A stretch of 64,000 nt of DNA, from contig JBLDXI010000010.1 of NCBI GenBank assembly GCA_047495785.1, positions 2,170,001 through 2,234,000 of the forward strand. The letters are read 5' to 3'. The position numbers and the translations under genes are program-made. This document shows, in pieces, positions 1 through 11,752 of this stretch (position 1 is the first letter of the stretch; every line of letters begins with the position of its first letter). The stretch is from Lepidodermella squamata (Eukaryota; Animalia; Gastrotricha). The notes under the pieces are model-generated. The model ran no database searches and had not been told where the DNA came from. It worked only from the letters and a program-made list of their open reading frames with translations.

Positions 1-1708
1 TAATAGCCACATTCCATATAGTAATATCAATGGGTCTAGTATGATCAGCTCATATAGAAAGAATGGGGGAGGTGACTAGCGTGCCAGAAGAAAATTGAGA
101 CGTAGAGGAGAGAAAGTGCGACAACGAGGAAGATAACTACATCGCATTGATGTTGTTTAAATGTTAATTATCAAAGCGGTTCCAGAGTGGTACCGATAAG
201 TGGCGCCCATTAGCCGTTTGTCTCAAATAAATTGTTACATGCGTCCGTTGATGAAATTCTTGAAATAGGCTTCACCTAGTTTCAATTTTGACCCCGATGA
301 TGAGAATATTAACACAGATGAATTATAAAAAAAAATTTAGATAGTAATTTTGGGAGCGTCGTTTCACTTTGAAACTTGGTAGATTGATGATAAATTACCT
401 GCGTAGAGGAACCATAGTTAATACTCAATTTCCTAATTATAGTTCCGAAGTATGAAATCTGATTGGTTGATTCAAAAGGCACTCGACACGCGCTATGTTT
501 GTGAGCCCAACGCTTATCAGCATAAGCTTTTCGCGCAGAAATTGAATGAATAAACATGAGAACTGAGAGTCCGATGAGATTGAAAATATTCATAAAAAAT
601 ATTTGAAAGGTTCAAAATTGGGCCTGCGGTTAGGGGCGCTACTCGAAGAGATCGACCTTCTAGTATCAATTGATTCCGAAAATAAACCGTAAATGTTGAA
701 TAGCAAGCCGGGCTTATAAATTTTGAACCCATAAAAATTCTGCTACTGTTAGCAAATTCGCTACTATTTCAGCATTTAAGGTATAATGGCTACGGTGTAA
801 ACGGCTGGGACCAGGTTGAAATGAACTATCCACTGGAGCTGTACAAAATCGGAACAACCCAGGACGCTTGATTTTAGCGCTGGAACCTCTGGAACCAGCT
901 TTAGTTGTGCCAGTAATTATAGATTATTTGCAAAATCGAACCTACGAATCGTATTTCCCATTCCTTATCGAGGTTTCAGGTTTCATCAAGCTTTGCACCA
1001 AGGGTTTCACCGGAGGAATGTGAATAAATTTACCAGAGAAATTCCGGAGAGGTCCGATGGTAATTATTTGTTAATTATCGGTAATTTACCCGGTTGGACC
1101 GAATATCTGCGGAATTATTGTTTATGAAACGTTCCAAGAGTGATCATACTGTTTATTTCCTGGAATCGAAATTTTCTCCTGCTGTGAGATGGAACATTGC
1201 ATACCAATACCGGGAAAAATCCTATTTTTCAGTGCCCGAAATGGGGAAGGAGCACCTGTTGGAGGATGAGGATATAAGAAAAAAAGAAATAAGAATTTCG
1301 GCAATTTCGGCAATTCAAAACTATTCTCTGCTCAGGGTTAAAAATGATTCCAACTTCGAAAATTAATAAATCGGATATTTTTAGCAAAATCTATTGTGAT
1401 GAGCCCAGCCAACCTGTAAAACAGTTCGCAACGCACAAGTTCGGATAGTCATGGAAATGTCAACTCGGGCCAGGTAAGAGTAAAAATGCTCTGATGATCG
1501 TTCATTTTTACTTCAAAGTGATCCAAGTGCGAAAGATAAGAAAACACTTTCAAGTTACTATAGACTTGAAACTGAAGCTAGAATAATGGAATTGGGAAAG
1601 TCAACACGACTAAATCGCTGAATCTCAACACAAAAGGATTTGGAAGTTGAACAATTTTAAAGTGAGAGTTCGGACAGAATCGAATTGAGGGTGTCTTCAT
1701 TCCTTGAA

Positions 1709-3057
1709 TCACTCTTCAGTCTTTATGCCGGAGAGCGGCAGCTCGAACTCATCGATGGAGACCCCTCGATTCTGGCGAGCTCCCTCGACCAGAGACTGCA
1801 GGAATGCCTGTTCATCGATCATCGGATACCTCGGCACGGATCCAGCTTCGAAATCCAACATTTGTTGCAACACATGGCCACTGAGGTAGTAAAACTTGGC
1901 CGAGCCAAGTCCATTCTCACGGAGCAGGCGTTCGTGGTCAGTTTTAACTAGATGTGCGACATCATTCTTCAAACGCAGGCAAGTTGGTTCATCAAGTTCG
2001 GAAAATTTCTTCCCACCATGATTATTGTACGCTTCGTTTTCCAGGTCGGTATCAGACTTCGAACGAACGAAAATGCACTCCTGACCCATTTTCTTAGCCT
2101 GAAGGCCGTAATCGATGTCGAATTGCGTCACACGGTTGTTGGTAACGACGATCAACGCGTCCATGAAGTACAGGAAATTGTCGAGGTAGTACTTGCCAGC
2201 TGGATGCTTCAATGTCATCGCGCCAGGATGGTCCCAGAAAACAAAAGACGGGTTGAAGTGGCTTTCGTACTTGGAAGCCGTTCCAGTTGTTTCGACAACT
2301 CCAACCGCAGCGTTTTGGCGAAGAAACGCGTTAAGCAGCGTCGATTTGCCGTTGCCGGATCCGCCGATAATCGCAAAGTTGAACTTGCTTGTATCAAGAT
2401 TGTGCGATTTCGCCTTTTTTCGAAGTTCCTCCTGTGCGCGTTTTCGCTCGTCTTCCAAAGCAGCTAGCTTCTTCTGTTTCTCCTCTTGAAGCTTCTTCGC
2501 AACTTCCTCATCTGCCGACACCTGCAACTGCAACTGCAGCTGATTCAACTGTTGCCTCATTTGTATGTATGTATGTATGTATTTTATTCACTTTCCTTCA
2601 CATTTTACATTTACAACATTTTTTAATAATTTTTTTTTACAAAAATTGAATTTATAAACAGAACACAATACTACATATGATCATGGGTAGAAATAGAGTT
2701 GATTAATTTTTTTTTTATTTTACAAAGTTTTTATTTTTTATTACAAAACACAATCATATACAAGATAGGAGAAGGAAAGATGAGGTTGCAAAGGGCAAGT
2801 CGCCTTGCCACTAAAATGAACCTCTGAATATTGTAATTCAAAAAATTATTATCGCATAATTAAGTTCTAAGTAGCGATCCTGTTCCATAAGTTGCGGCGT
2901 CATATCCTGTACACATTATACGCATCGATACATTTGCTTGCGGCGAAAATTGAATGAGACTTACCACAACTTGAACCGGAGCTTGAGATTCTGACTTGGG
3001 CGCAAACAAGCTGCATATTTCCTTCACAACCATTGCCGGGACGATATATTCCGCCAT
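1709..3057 (-). CDS. IRG/IIGP-like GTPase, clade A copy 1; exon 2 interrupted by a 322-bp insertion (disrupted or N-terminally truncated)
   Basis: G1 GGSGNGKS, switch I VGVVETT, G3 FWDHPG, G4 RSKSD. Exon 1 3057-2965 (MAEYIVPAM...PVQVV), GT-AG intron 2964-2907, exon 2 begins DMTPQLME, then the insertion, then MRQQL... to the stop at 1709. Collinear with the paralog at 7294-8307. Confidence 0.85.
2561..2882 (-). mobile_element. 5'-truncated retroposon 3' end with AATAAA and (TACA)n tail
   Basis: Removing it restores ATG GAA ATG AGG (ME-MR), matching paralog length. Minus strand ends AATAAAA(TACA)5. Confidence 0.7.
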
Positions 3058-3946
3058 TTCAGAGTCTAAAAGATAAGAAAATGGGTATATGTTAAAACAG
3101 TTTAATTGAATAATGTGATCGACATTTAGCTCAATAATAATCCTCCGAATGTCCTAATAATATCAGCAAATGCAAATGGTCGCAGAGGTAAGGGGAGGGA
3201 ATATAAAAGAGAAGGAAAGAGTAGCATTCGAAAATTACGTAAAAACCATAGAGAACAGAAGTACAAGAGAGGAAACTCACGCTGGAAACTTGAAACATTA
3301 ATTCGAAGCGGTTTTTTAAGCCGGATCTTTCGACAAAATGCGCGTTGTTTTTTAGCGCACTTTTCTCGCGCAAACCCACTAAATTTCGGCAAAGCTTTTC
3401 TCCGGCTGTACTACTTCAAATCGGACTCCCCTTTTTATGTTGAATAGACCTGGTCTGTTCTCCATGGTAAAAACACAATTTCAATGAAAGAAAATCGTAC
3501 AATAGTAATTGTATTCCGCGCGATATCTTCGATTAGAAGTCCTGACAGATGACAGATGAATCATATTATTAGTTCGTGACTTTTATCGCGTGCACGCGAC
3601 CGCTTCAAGGCTCCATATTTTGCTTGAAAAGCTGCGTGATTCATATTGCAGCACCGCATGGCGCAGCACGGCTATATATCATCCACTCAATCAATTGTAT
3701 CTTTCTCAAAAAAATATGTCTTGGCTTTTGACTTCTTCTGATTAAAACCCCTTAGATATCGAAGCTTTAACAACGCCAAAGCGCGGGCCCCTATGTTGAA
3801 AACTTTGGCTAGTACCAAGCCAGATGATCTGAAATTAGGCTTTGCTATAGCCAGCCAAATCTTGTACTAATTTATTTTTGTTATCTTCGAAATGTTTCTT
3901 GTATCTTAGGTATTTGACTTTGATTTATTGATCTTCATTCATCATC

Positions 3947-4924
3947 ATGGGTAATCGCGAAAGCACACATGTCGAGTATCGAATCCCGCCAGAATTTTGG
4001 GTATGCTTCCCAATGCTTTCTCTACATTTACCTTACTTTTTATACTAGGAATTGCTACAAAAGCAGCAAGCTGTATTAACGCAACTGCAAACCAACATCA
4101 CACAAGAAATCGACAAAGCTAAGAAGCAAGCGCTGATCGAAGAAAAGCAACGCATCGAGGCCGAGAATGAGGCGAAGCGTAAGCGAATGGAGGAGGAAAT
4201 CAAGCGAAAAGCGAGAATCTTTGGCATCAATCTCGACGACTTCAACTTTGCAATCATCGGAATAACTGGCGTTGGCAAGTCGACCCTAATCAACGCGTTG
4301 GTTCCGGGCGCGAAGGCTCACGTGAGCGTCGTCGAAGGCACAATGCGACCAGCACCTTACCGCAGCCGCAACGTCGTGCTTTGGGACGTTCCTGGTTCGG
4401 CGACAAAGAAACATCCGGTTGCTAATTACTACGCTGACAACTTTCTGTACCTGATGGATTCGCTGATCATTGTGACTGGCTTTCGTTTGTCCGAATTCGA
4501 TGTTGAGTTTGCGAAAGAAGCGATCCGACATGACCAGAGGGTTGTTTTCGTGAGGTCGAAGGCTGATGTGGACCTTGCCAATGATTACTACGTCAAGGAG
4601 GAGAAATATTGGGAAGACTGCCCGGCCAACGACCGAAAACGTGTAGCCGACGCCGTGAGCAGTGAAATTCGAGACAACTACACACGCCAATTTCAGGAAT
4701 CTGGCGTTGCGAATATGCAGGATGGCTCTGAGATTCCGTTTCATTTCATCAGTTCGCGGGCTATTGATGAAATCGTCAAGGGCGTTGATGCTAGCCGACG
4801 CAAATGGCCGCAGTTGGATGAGGAGAAGCTGGTGAAGACGTTGTACGAAGGGCTCAAGAGAGACGGTGCTTTGCGAAGTATTGAAAACTTCAGTCTTCCT
4901 CGGCTTCTTGCTCCGGAAAACTAA
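3947..4924 (+). CDS. IRG/IIGP-like GTPase, clade B copy 1, predicted N-myristoylated (MGNRES)
   Basis: Exon 1 3947-4000 MGNRESTHVEYRIPPEFW, phase-0 intron 4001-4048 (GTATGC...TAG), exon 2 4049-4924 with GITGVGKS, WDVPG, RSKAD. Confidence 0.9.
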
Positions 4925-6219
4925 TTCAAGCTAATTCTTTGTGTCATCAAAGGTCATGTTTCGAGACCTATTGATTCATTTTTCGTTTAAATTGCATTAC
5001 TTGGCCGTTTCTGCCCACTTTAATCTTGAATGTTTCAATAAAAATTGCACGTTTGCCTCAATCTGATTTGTTTTTCTTAAATCAATTTGCGTTCGAAAGT
5101 GCAGAGAGAAGTCTTGAAAGTAATTTGAACACCTTTAGTTGCGTCATGCAAATTTCATTCAGGGTTACTAGAATGACGAGGAATGCAGTTAACTAAGTTT
5201 GAGGTTGTGGTTTTCGAAGTGCACATCGCGTATCGCTTTATTACGACTAGTTTCAGGCTTATTTTTGAACCTTGAATCAGAACTTGACAAGCCTCGATTT
5301 GAGCCGGAAACATCTCCAATTGGTTATAATCAGCTTCCAGTTAGAGCAGCCATGTTCACAAGCAAACGAAAACAAGCAATATTATATATCAAAACAAGCC
5401 GTCAATCAGCTAACTACCGTGGCCTGCCTCGTCAAATGACGAACATCTGCTACAAAACACCGTCGTAGGAACCGCAAAGATTAACGGCAGATTGACCATT
5501 GATTCGAACGCAGTAAAATCGATGCGATCCTACTCATCGCATACTCGCTTGACAGCGATGATGCATAGACTGGAAATACTCATGTACTCAAATGCTTTGG
5601 TTATTCCCTACCCAAAGAGCCAAATACTTTCCCGTAAATCACTCCTAACGGTATCGATCGGCTCAACTCGAATCCTTCGATTTCAATCGATCGATACTAC
5701 GTGGCCTCATCTGATTAACCCCTTGATATGGATATCGTTTGATAGGAAATTTTGTATACATAGATTCGGGAAGGTTCCCTCAATTTCCTTGCCCTTTTAT
5801 TCGTGAATGCACTGGGAGCCTAAAAACACGTGTCATTTAAATAGGACGTTGGGCGTGAGTGGGTTACGAAGCTTCCTACTACAGCTTTTCCAGCTCAGGA
5901 TGACTTTGCTGGCATATTTTCTATTTATTTTGCCCAAATATCAAAAACTGGTCAGAATTGAATTTTCATCATTATACAGACCATAATTGGCCTGTGACGT
6001 TGGCTTAAGGCTAAGCCTGGTCGCAGTTGGCTGCGATGAGCTGGATCTCTATGAGGAAAATATCCCATACCAATGCTCTCGAGACTCTAACGAAAGCTTT
6101 CAAATCTTTTCTTACAATATACAAACAACTCCACGGATAACAAACAAAGTGGAATAACAATCATGCCAGGTTCGTATTCCAGATTCTAGTACTCCTATGT
6201 ATTCCCTTTGGCGGAGGTG

Positions 6220-6527
6220 TCGAGTTGGCAAGCGGTTCGACCAGTGAACCGATCGAGGGGAGGAATCGCAACGGGAAATTGCAATTGAAATAGGAGCCTG
6301 TCGTAGATGCTGTGCTACGGCTGCTTCATTGATGAAAACGAAACAAATTGACGCGCAAGCTACGGCTGTGGTCACATGACTCGCGTTCGACCAGTCGAGA
6401 AGGGCGATGAGAACAGCTGATATGATGAGGCCACAGCTGCAGATTGCAAAAGCTGCCATCCAATTGACACGATGTTTCCAGGATCTCTAAAATTTGAAGG
6501 TTAAACAAATCATTCGCAATTTTATCA
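6220..6527 (-). pseudogene. Orphan copy of the last exon (TM6-TM7) of the class C GPCR gene
   Basis: Highly similar to 31278-31585, including the upstream intron end. No other GPCR exons nearby. Confidence 0.8.
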
Positions 6528-7293
6528 CATGTGCTTCATAGAATCATGCGAACATGTGATTCATAGAATCACATAGAATTTAGCTCAAAAAAAGTATTAT
6601 TTATTCTTGACACGAATTATACTTGCACAAAACATGTTTTTTGGCTATAAAATCAAGCTCCTCATGAGGGTGTCTATTTGCGTATCTGAGCCAAGGCTTA
6701 GGGTTAGGGTTAGGGTTAGCTTCGGGGTTTGGCCTCGATACGCCAGTGATTATTACGCAAAAACTGAGGGTAATTCTCTGATGGACAACATCCCTCGTAC
6801 GCATCTGTGTACGATACGAATATCGCCAATTTTGTGTACATAGATCTCCCCCATATGTGTCAAATGATGCCGAGTATGTGTCTCAGCTGTGGCGTCTTAC
6901 TGGAAACCTCCTCAGCCTGGAACCTTTGACAGATTCCCGGGGAACATCGTAACACCCGATCCAGCAAAAAAGAAATCGAATGTTTTTCTTCGAAGTTGTT
7001 GAATAAAGTTTTCGATATATACAAATTTACACGATGACCACCAACGTTTGTTCACTTAAATTAAATTATCAATACAAATGTTAAACAAGCAGTTTTATTC
7101 CACTGGGTCTCACTTCTTTCATTCCAAAATCAAAAGCTTCAAGAAAGAGAAAAACAACGTTTAAGTTCAACGAACTGAAGCTTAAACTGTGAAAGAAGAA
7201 GAGGGGCGCCACGACTTCATAACCATATCTCAACTGGCTTGGAAGGTGAACAATTTCAAAGCAACGCATTGCCAATAGATGACTCTTCCTCCT

Positions 7294-8307
7294 TTATGCT
7301 GACGCGGGCAGCTTGAACGCATCGATGTCAACTCCTCTGTTCTGGCGAGCTCCATCGACCAGGCACTGCAGGAACAACTGCTCGTCGATGATCGGGTACT
7401 GCATTTCGGAAGTGGCTTCGACATCCAATATTCGCCTCAACACACGGCCGCTGACGTAGTAGAACTTGGCTGAGCCGAGATGATGTTCGAAAAGTTGGCT
7501 CTCGTGGTCTGATCTTACTTGTTGGGCGACATCATTCTTCAAACGCTGGCGGGTTGATTCATCAAGTTCGGAAAATTTCTTCTCCTTGTAGTTCTCGTAA
7601 GCTTCGTTATCCAGGTCTACATCAGACTTCGAACGAACGAAAATGCACTCTTGGCCCATTCTCTTAGCCTGGAGCCCGTATTCAATGTCGAACTGTGACA
7701 GCCGGTTGCCAGTCACGATGATCAAAGCGTCCATGAAGTACAGGAAATTGTCGAGGTAATACTCGCCAACAGGATGCTTCGGGGTCGCGGCCCCAGGATG
7801 GTCCCAGAAAACGAACGACGGGTTGAAGGAGCTCACGTACTGAGATGGCTTCGCCGTCGTCTCTACAACTCCGACTGCAACGTTTTGACGCAGGAACGCG
7901 TTTAGCAACGTCGATTTGCCGGTCCCAGCAGCGCCGATGATCGCAAAGTTGAACTTGCGTGTGTCGAGGTTGTGCGATTTCGCCTTCTGCCGAAGCTTCT
8001 CCTGTGCGCGTAGGCGCTCAGCCTCCAGTGCCGCCATTTTCTCCTCTTTTTCTTGTTCAAGCCGCCGAGTAACTTCCTTATCTCTGGAAACTTGCATCAT
8101 CAACTGCAGTTGATCCAACTGAATCTTCATTGCTCTTAGTTCCGGCGTCATGTCCTGTTCAGAAGTAAATAGGTAATCTGACTTGTATGCTGAGAAATGA
8201 ATAAGACTTACCAGAACTTGAACAGGGGCGTTAGCTTCTGAGCGAGGCACTATCAATTTGATTGCTTCCGCCAGGGCAGGGATAACTACGCTTTTGATAA
8301 GTTCCAT
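7294..8307 (-). CDS. IRG/IIGP-like GTPase, clade A copy 2
   Basis: Exon 1 8307-8212, 57-nt in-frame intron 8211-8155 (GTAAGT...CAG) read through by the ORF track, exon 2 8154-7294. GAAGTGKS, DHPG, RSKSD. Confidence 0.9.
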   Translation of the reverse strand: MELIKSVVIPALAEAIKLIVPRSEANAPVQVLVSLIHFSAYKSDYLFTSEQDMTPELRAMKIQLDQLQLMMQVSRDKEVTRRLEQEKEEKMAALEAERLRAQEKLRQKAKSHNLDTRKFNFAIIGAAGTGKSTLLNAFLRQNVAVGVVETTAKPSQYVSSFNPSFVFWDHPGAATPKHPVGEYYLDNFLYFMDALIIVTGNRLSQFDIEYGLQAKRMGQECIFVRSKSDVDLDNEAYENYKEKKFSELDESTRQRLKNDVAQQVRSDHESQLFEHHLGSAKFYYVSGRVLRRILDVEATSEMQYPIIDEQLFLQCLVDGARQNRGVDIDAFKLPASA

Positions 8308-8649
8308 CTTGGAATCAATGGTCTAAACATCGAAAAGGCATATTCATTTTTTACTTCAAAAGCATCGTTGACCGAACGAAAATCTGTTTTATTTTGTTCC
8401 AATTTGACATACGCCGGAAAAAGAAAACTAGCACTAAGAATAAGGCCAAAGGATAGGCCAAAGAAAAAAGGGAAGGAAAAATCCGGCTAAAATGAGTTTG
8501 AAATTAAAATTATACCCGATTTTCAACTAGCTGAAATGGTGTCTTTTGAAAAAGATGAATAGCGCATGATTGTTAACTCGATTGAAAACTATGAATTTTT
8601 CGGATAAAGCAAGATCTTCAACTGTGGGGGTGGGTAAGAATTTATCTTT

Positions 8650-9216
8650 GCCTGCCCTCGCCCTCTTCAAAACCGGAAACAGTATATCGTTAGCGCTGTT
8701 GAATAACTCGGATTTAGGCTTGTTTACATCCGTTTCAAGGTCACGCGTGCCAAGTAAAAAAGAGCCATTTTAACGTGAATAAAAAGGCAACAGCAAAAGA
8801 ATTTTTACTTGTCACCTATCAACATGTAATGGATGTAAACAGGCCTGCATCCGAGTTATTCAACGGCGCTAACATTGTGTTTGAGGTTGTAAGTTGAAAA
8901 AAATCCGCACGCTGATTGGTCAGTTGGCTCGTATCCATGACTCCGCCTTGCTACTTGATCGTGCGATCCATAAAATGTTTGCAAAAAATATCTTTTTATG
9001 AATGGTTTTACGCATTTGTTGGAAACGCGTGCTACGATACGGCCTTCATAAAAATAATAAAAGCCACAAATTATATAGATCGCACGATCAAGTAGCAAGG
9101 CGGAGTCATGGATACGAGCCAACTGACCAATCAGCGTGCGGATTTCTTTCAACTTACAACCTCAAACACAATGTAACGATATACCGTTTCCGGTTTTGAA
9201 GAGGGCGAAGGCAGGC
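8650..9216. mobile_element. Three nested inverted-repeat (MITE) elements
   Basis: Outer IR gcctgccctcgccctcttcaaaaccggaaac / gtttccggttttgaagagggcgaaggcaggc. Middle TATATCGTTAGCG...CGCTAACGATATA element. Inner CATTGTG...CACAATG element 8873-9173 with about 95-bp TIRs and a TAA duplication (PIF/Harbinger-like). Confidence 0.8.
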
Positions 9217-10446
9217 ATGACGCTCAGTAAAGAAGAGGCCATTATTATTATTATTGACATACATATTGAATAAATTAAGTTGATTAATTTCCTTAACTCC
9301 GTTTCAAGGTGACGAGTGGAAAATAATTGCGGGGTCTTTAAAAATGGACGAAGAGGCAAAAAAGAATAACTTTTTATTTGTTACTTGCTATTTGTCACTT
9401 TGACACTGACAAGAACAGGCTCAAGTCCGAGTTAGTCAACGACGCTAACGATATATCCCTAACAACAGAAACCTTGAAAATGAACAAAATCTGGGGAGCG
9501 AAAGCAGGTATTTACAACTAGAACTGTGAACTGTGACATGCTTTAACATTTCGATTAGCCTAATTTTTAATAGCCTATACGACATGTACAGTTCGAAGTG
9601 TTGTGAATAGAAAATCCAAAACGCAAACAAAAAATATCTAGCTGTGAAAGTATTGAAAGCTTTTCACTAAATTCAGGCCTCACGTCGTTCAAATATTTTG
9701 CAAAAAAAAGAAGCATGCAACTTCTCCAATCAAAACAAAATATCGATATGATGCCAAAAATGACTCATGTTAATTCGTGATTCGATGCTGGCATGCGACT
9801 TTTCCCACAGCTGCATCGTTTGCTTGATGAAGACAGAAAAAAATTATTATGTATTATGATTCACTTTTCACTCTCCATCGCAGTGTAATTTTTTGTATTT
9901 ACTCTATTCGCAGATTCACTTCATTTATTCCCCGTTTGTTTTCTCATAAATTCACTTTTTTTTCTGATCGAAACTACATATAATCGCTATATCTGAGTGC
10001 CAAACCGGCTTTGGCTTTGTTCATCTCTAAGCAAAATATTTTTATTAAACTATTGTTTATTTTATTAAACTATTTTTATTAATATTTATTAAACTATTGT
10101 CCTGAAAATGAACATATTACGGTTAGATGAAGGAAGATTACACCGCAAAATCAGTTAACAAACGTTATCTATGCCATCTGCCATATTATTTCGACCTTAG
10201 GTTCTAATTGCCACAACGGGCTTTTAGGCGTTAGATTTAGGGCTAGGTAAAGCCGGGCAGGTATTTAGAAAATCCCAATTCGTTTCAGAGTCACATTTTT
10301 TACGGATTATCAAAGTCACGACCCAATCTGAATGAAAAATGTCAATGTTCATGTTAGGAAAAGCATGACAGTATCGATATTCTCGAGTGTATGCTTGAAC
10401 CTTATACCGATCTATACCCATGGTTCTAGATAATTTCAATTCAATT

Positions 10447-11752
10447 ATGTCCTACAAGGATTTTGGAAATGTCGCACAAGGTAATAAACTTATTTCCAAA
10501 TTTAAACCGCGAGCATCTTTGGATTTTTATCAGGCACTTCAAGCTTCTCTGTTGATGCGGAGCAGCGCTCAAGTGAACAGCAGGCAGCTGAAAGGCAACA
10601 GCAGCAGCCAGAAGAAACTGGGTTAAAAGAAGCTGAATCGAATGGTGTAAGTTGGCATTCACCGCTCATTTTGCGTTTTATTTCGCGTATTTCAACATAA
10701 TCGGAGATAGAAGAGATCGCATTTATCATTTCTAGCTTCAAGCTTTAAAAATGGACATGTCTCGAGGCTGGGCCGGTCAAGAGATGGCATCGATCAAGGC
10801 GCCCCGCTCGGAAGCTAGAGCCCCAGTTCATGTCTTGGTATGCCTTTTTCACTTCTCCGCTGACAAATGAGTGCACGCATTTTATGCACAGGACACGACA
10901 CCCCAGCTTGTGCAAACAAAGCAGCGGTTGGAACTACTGCAGTTGCAGCTGCGCACGTCGAATGATGCGGACCATACTCGGCTGGAAAACGAGAAACGGG
11001 AGAAGCTAGCAGCACTGGAGGCAGAGCGCCGACGCGCGCAGGAGGAACTTCGGCAGAAGGCGAGATCGCACAGCCTCGATACTAAAAAGTTCAACTTTGC
11101 GATTATCGGCGGGCCTGGGACCGGCAAATCAACGCTGCTGAACGCGTTTCTCCGTCGAAATCTTGCAGTTGGCGTGATTGAGACGACGGAGAATCCATCT
11201 CAGTACGTGAGCTCCTTCAACCCGTCGTTCGTTTTCTGGGATCATCCTGGAGCCATGACCCCGAAGCACCCTGTTGGCGAGTACTACCTTGAGAATTTCC
11301 TGTACTTCATGGACGCGTTGATCATCGTAACTGGCAACCGGCTGACACAGTTCGACATTGAATACGGGCTCCAGGCTAAGAGAATGGGCCAAGAGTGCAT
11401 TTTCGTTCGCTCAAAGTCTGATGTAGACCTGGACAACGAAGCTTACGACAAGTATGGTGGGAATAATACATTTTCCGCCCTCGACGAATCAAATCGCCGG
11501 TGCTTGAAGGATGATGTCGCGCATAGAGTCAAATCGAACTACGAGACGCAGCTTATGGAGCACGGACTCGGCTCGGCCAAGTTTTACTACGTCAGCGGCC
11601 GCACGTTGCAGCAAATGATGGACTTTGAATCCGCATCCGAGCCGAAATACCCGATCATCGACGAGAAGTTGTTCCTGCAGTGTCTGGTCGATGGAGCTCG
11701 CCAGAACAGAGGAGTTGACATCAACGAGTTCGAGCTGCCCCCGTCAGCATGA
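10447..11752 (+). CDS. IRG/IIGP-like GTPase, clade A copy 3, with N-terminal Q/E-rich extension
   Basis: Phase-consistent exons 10447-10480, 10534-10646, 10736-10837, 10892-11752. GGPGTGKS, DHPG, RSKSD. The first two exons are less certain than the last two. Confidence 0.85.

Noticed and set aside
1952-2489. Antisense ORFs over the GTPase genes, recurring in paralogs
   Set aside because: Shadows of the conserved coding strand.
6698-6720. (TTAGGG)3 telomere-like repeat
   Set aside because: Only about three units and interstitial; not a telomere.
9855-9960. IRF/ISRE-like motifs (TTCACTTTTCACT; also GAAACTTGAAAC at about 3286)
   Set aside because: Short motifs in AT-rich DNA are expected by chance and are not clearly conserved across the GTPase promoters.
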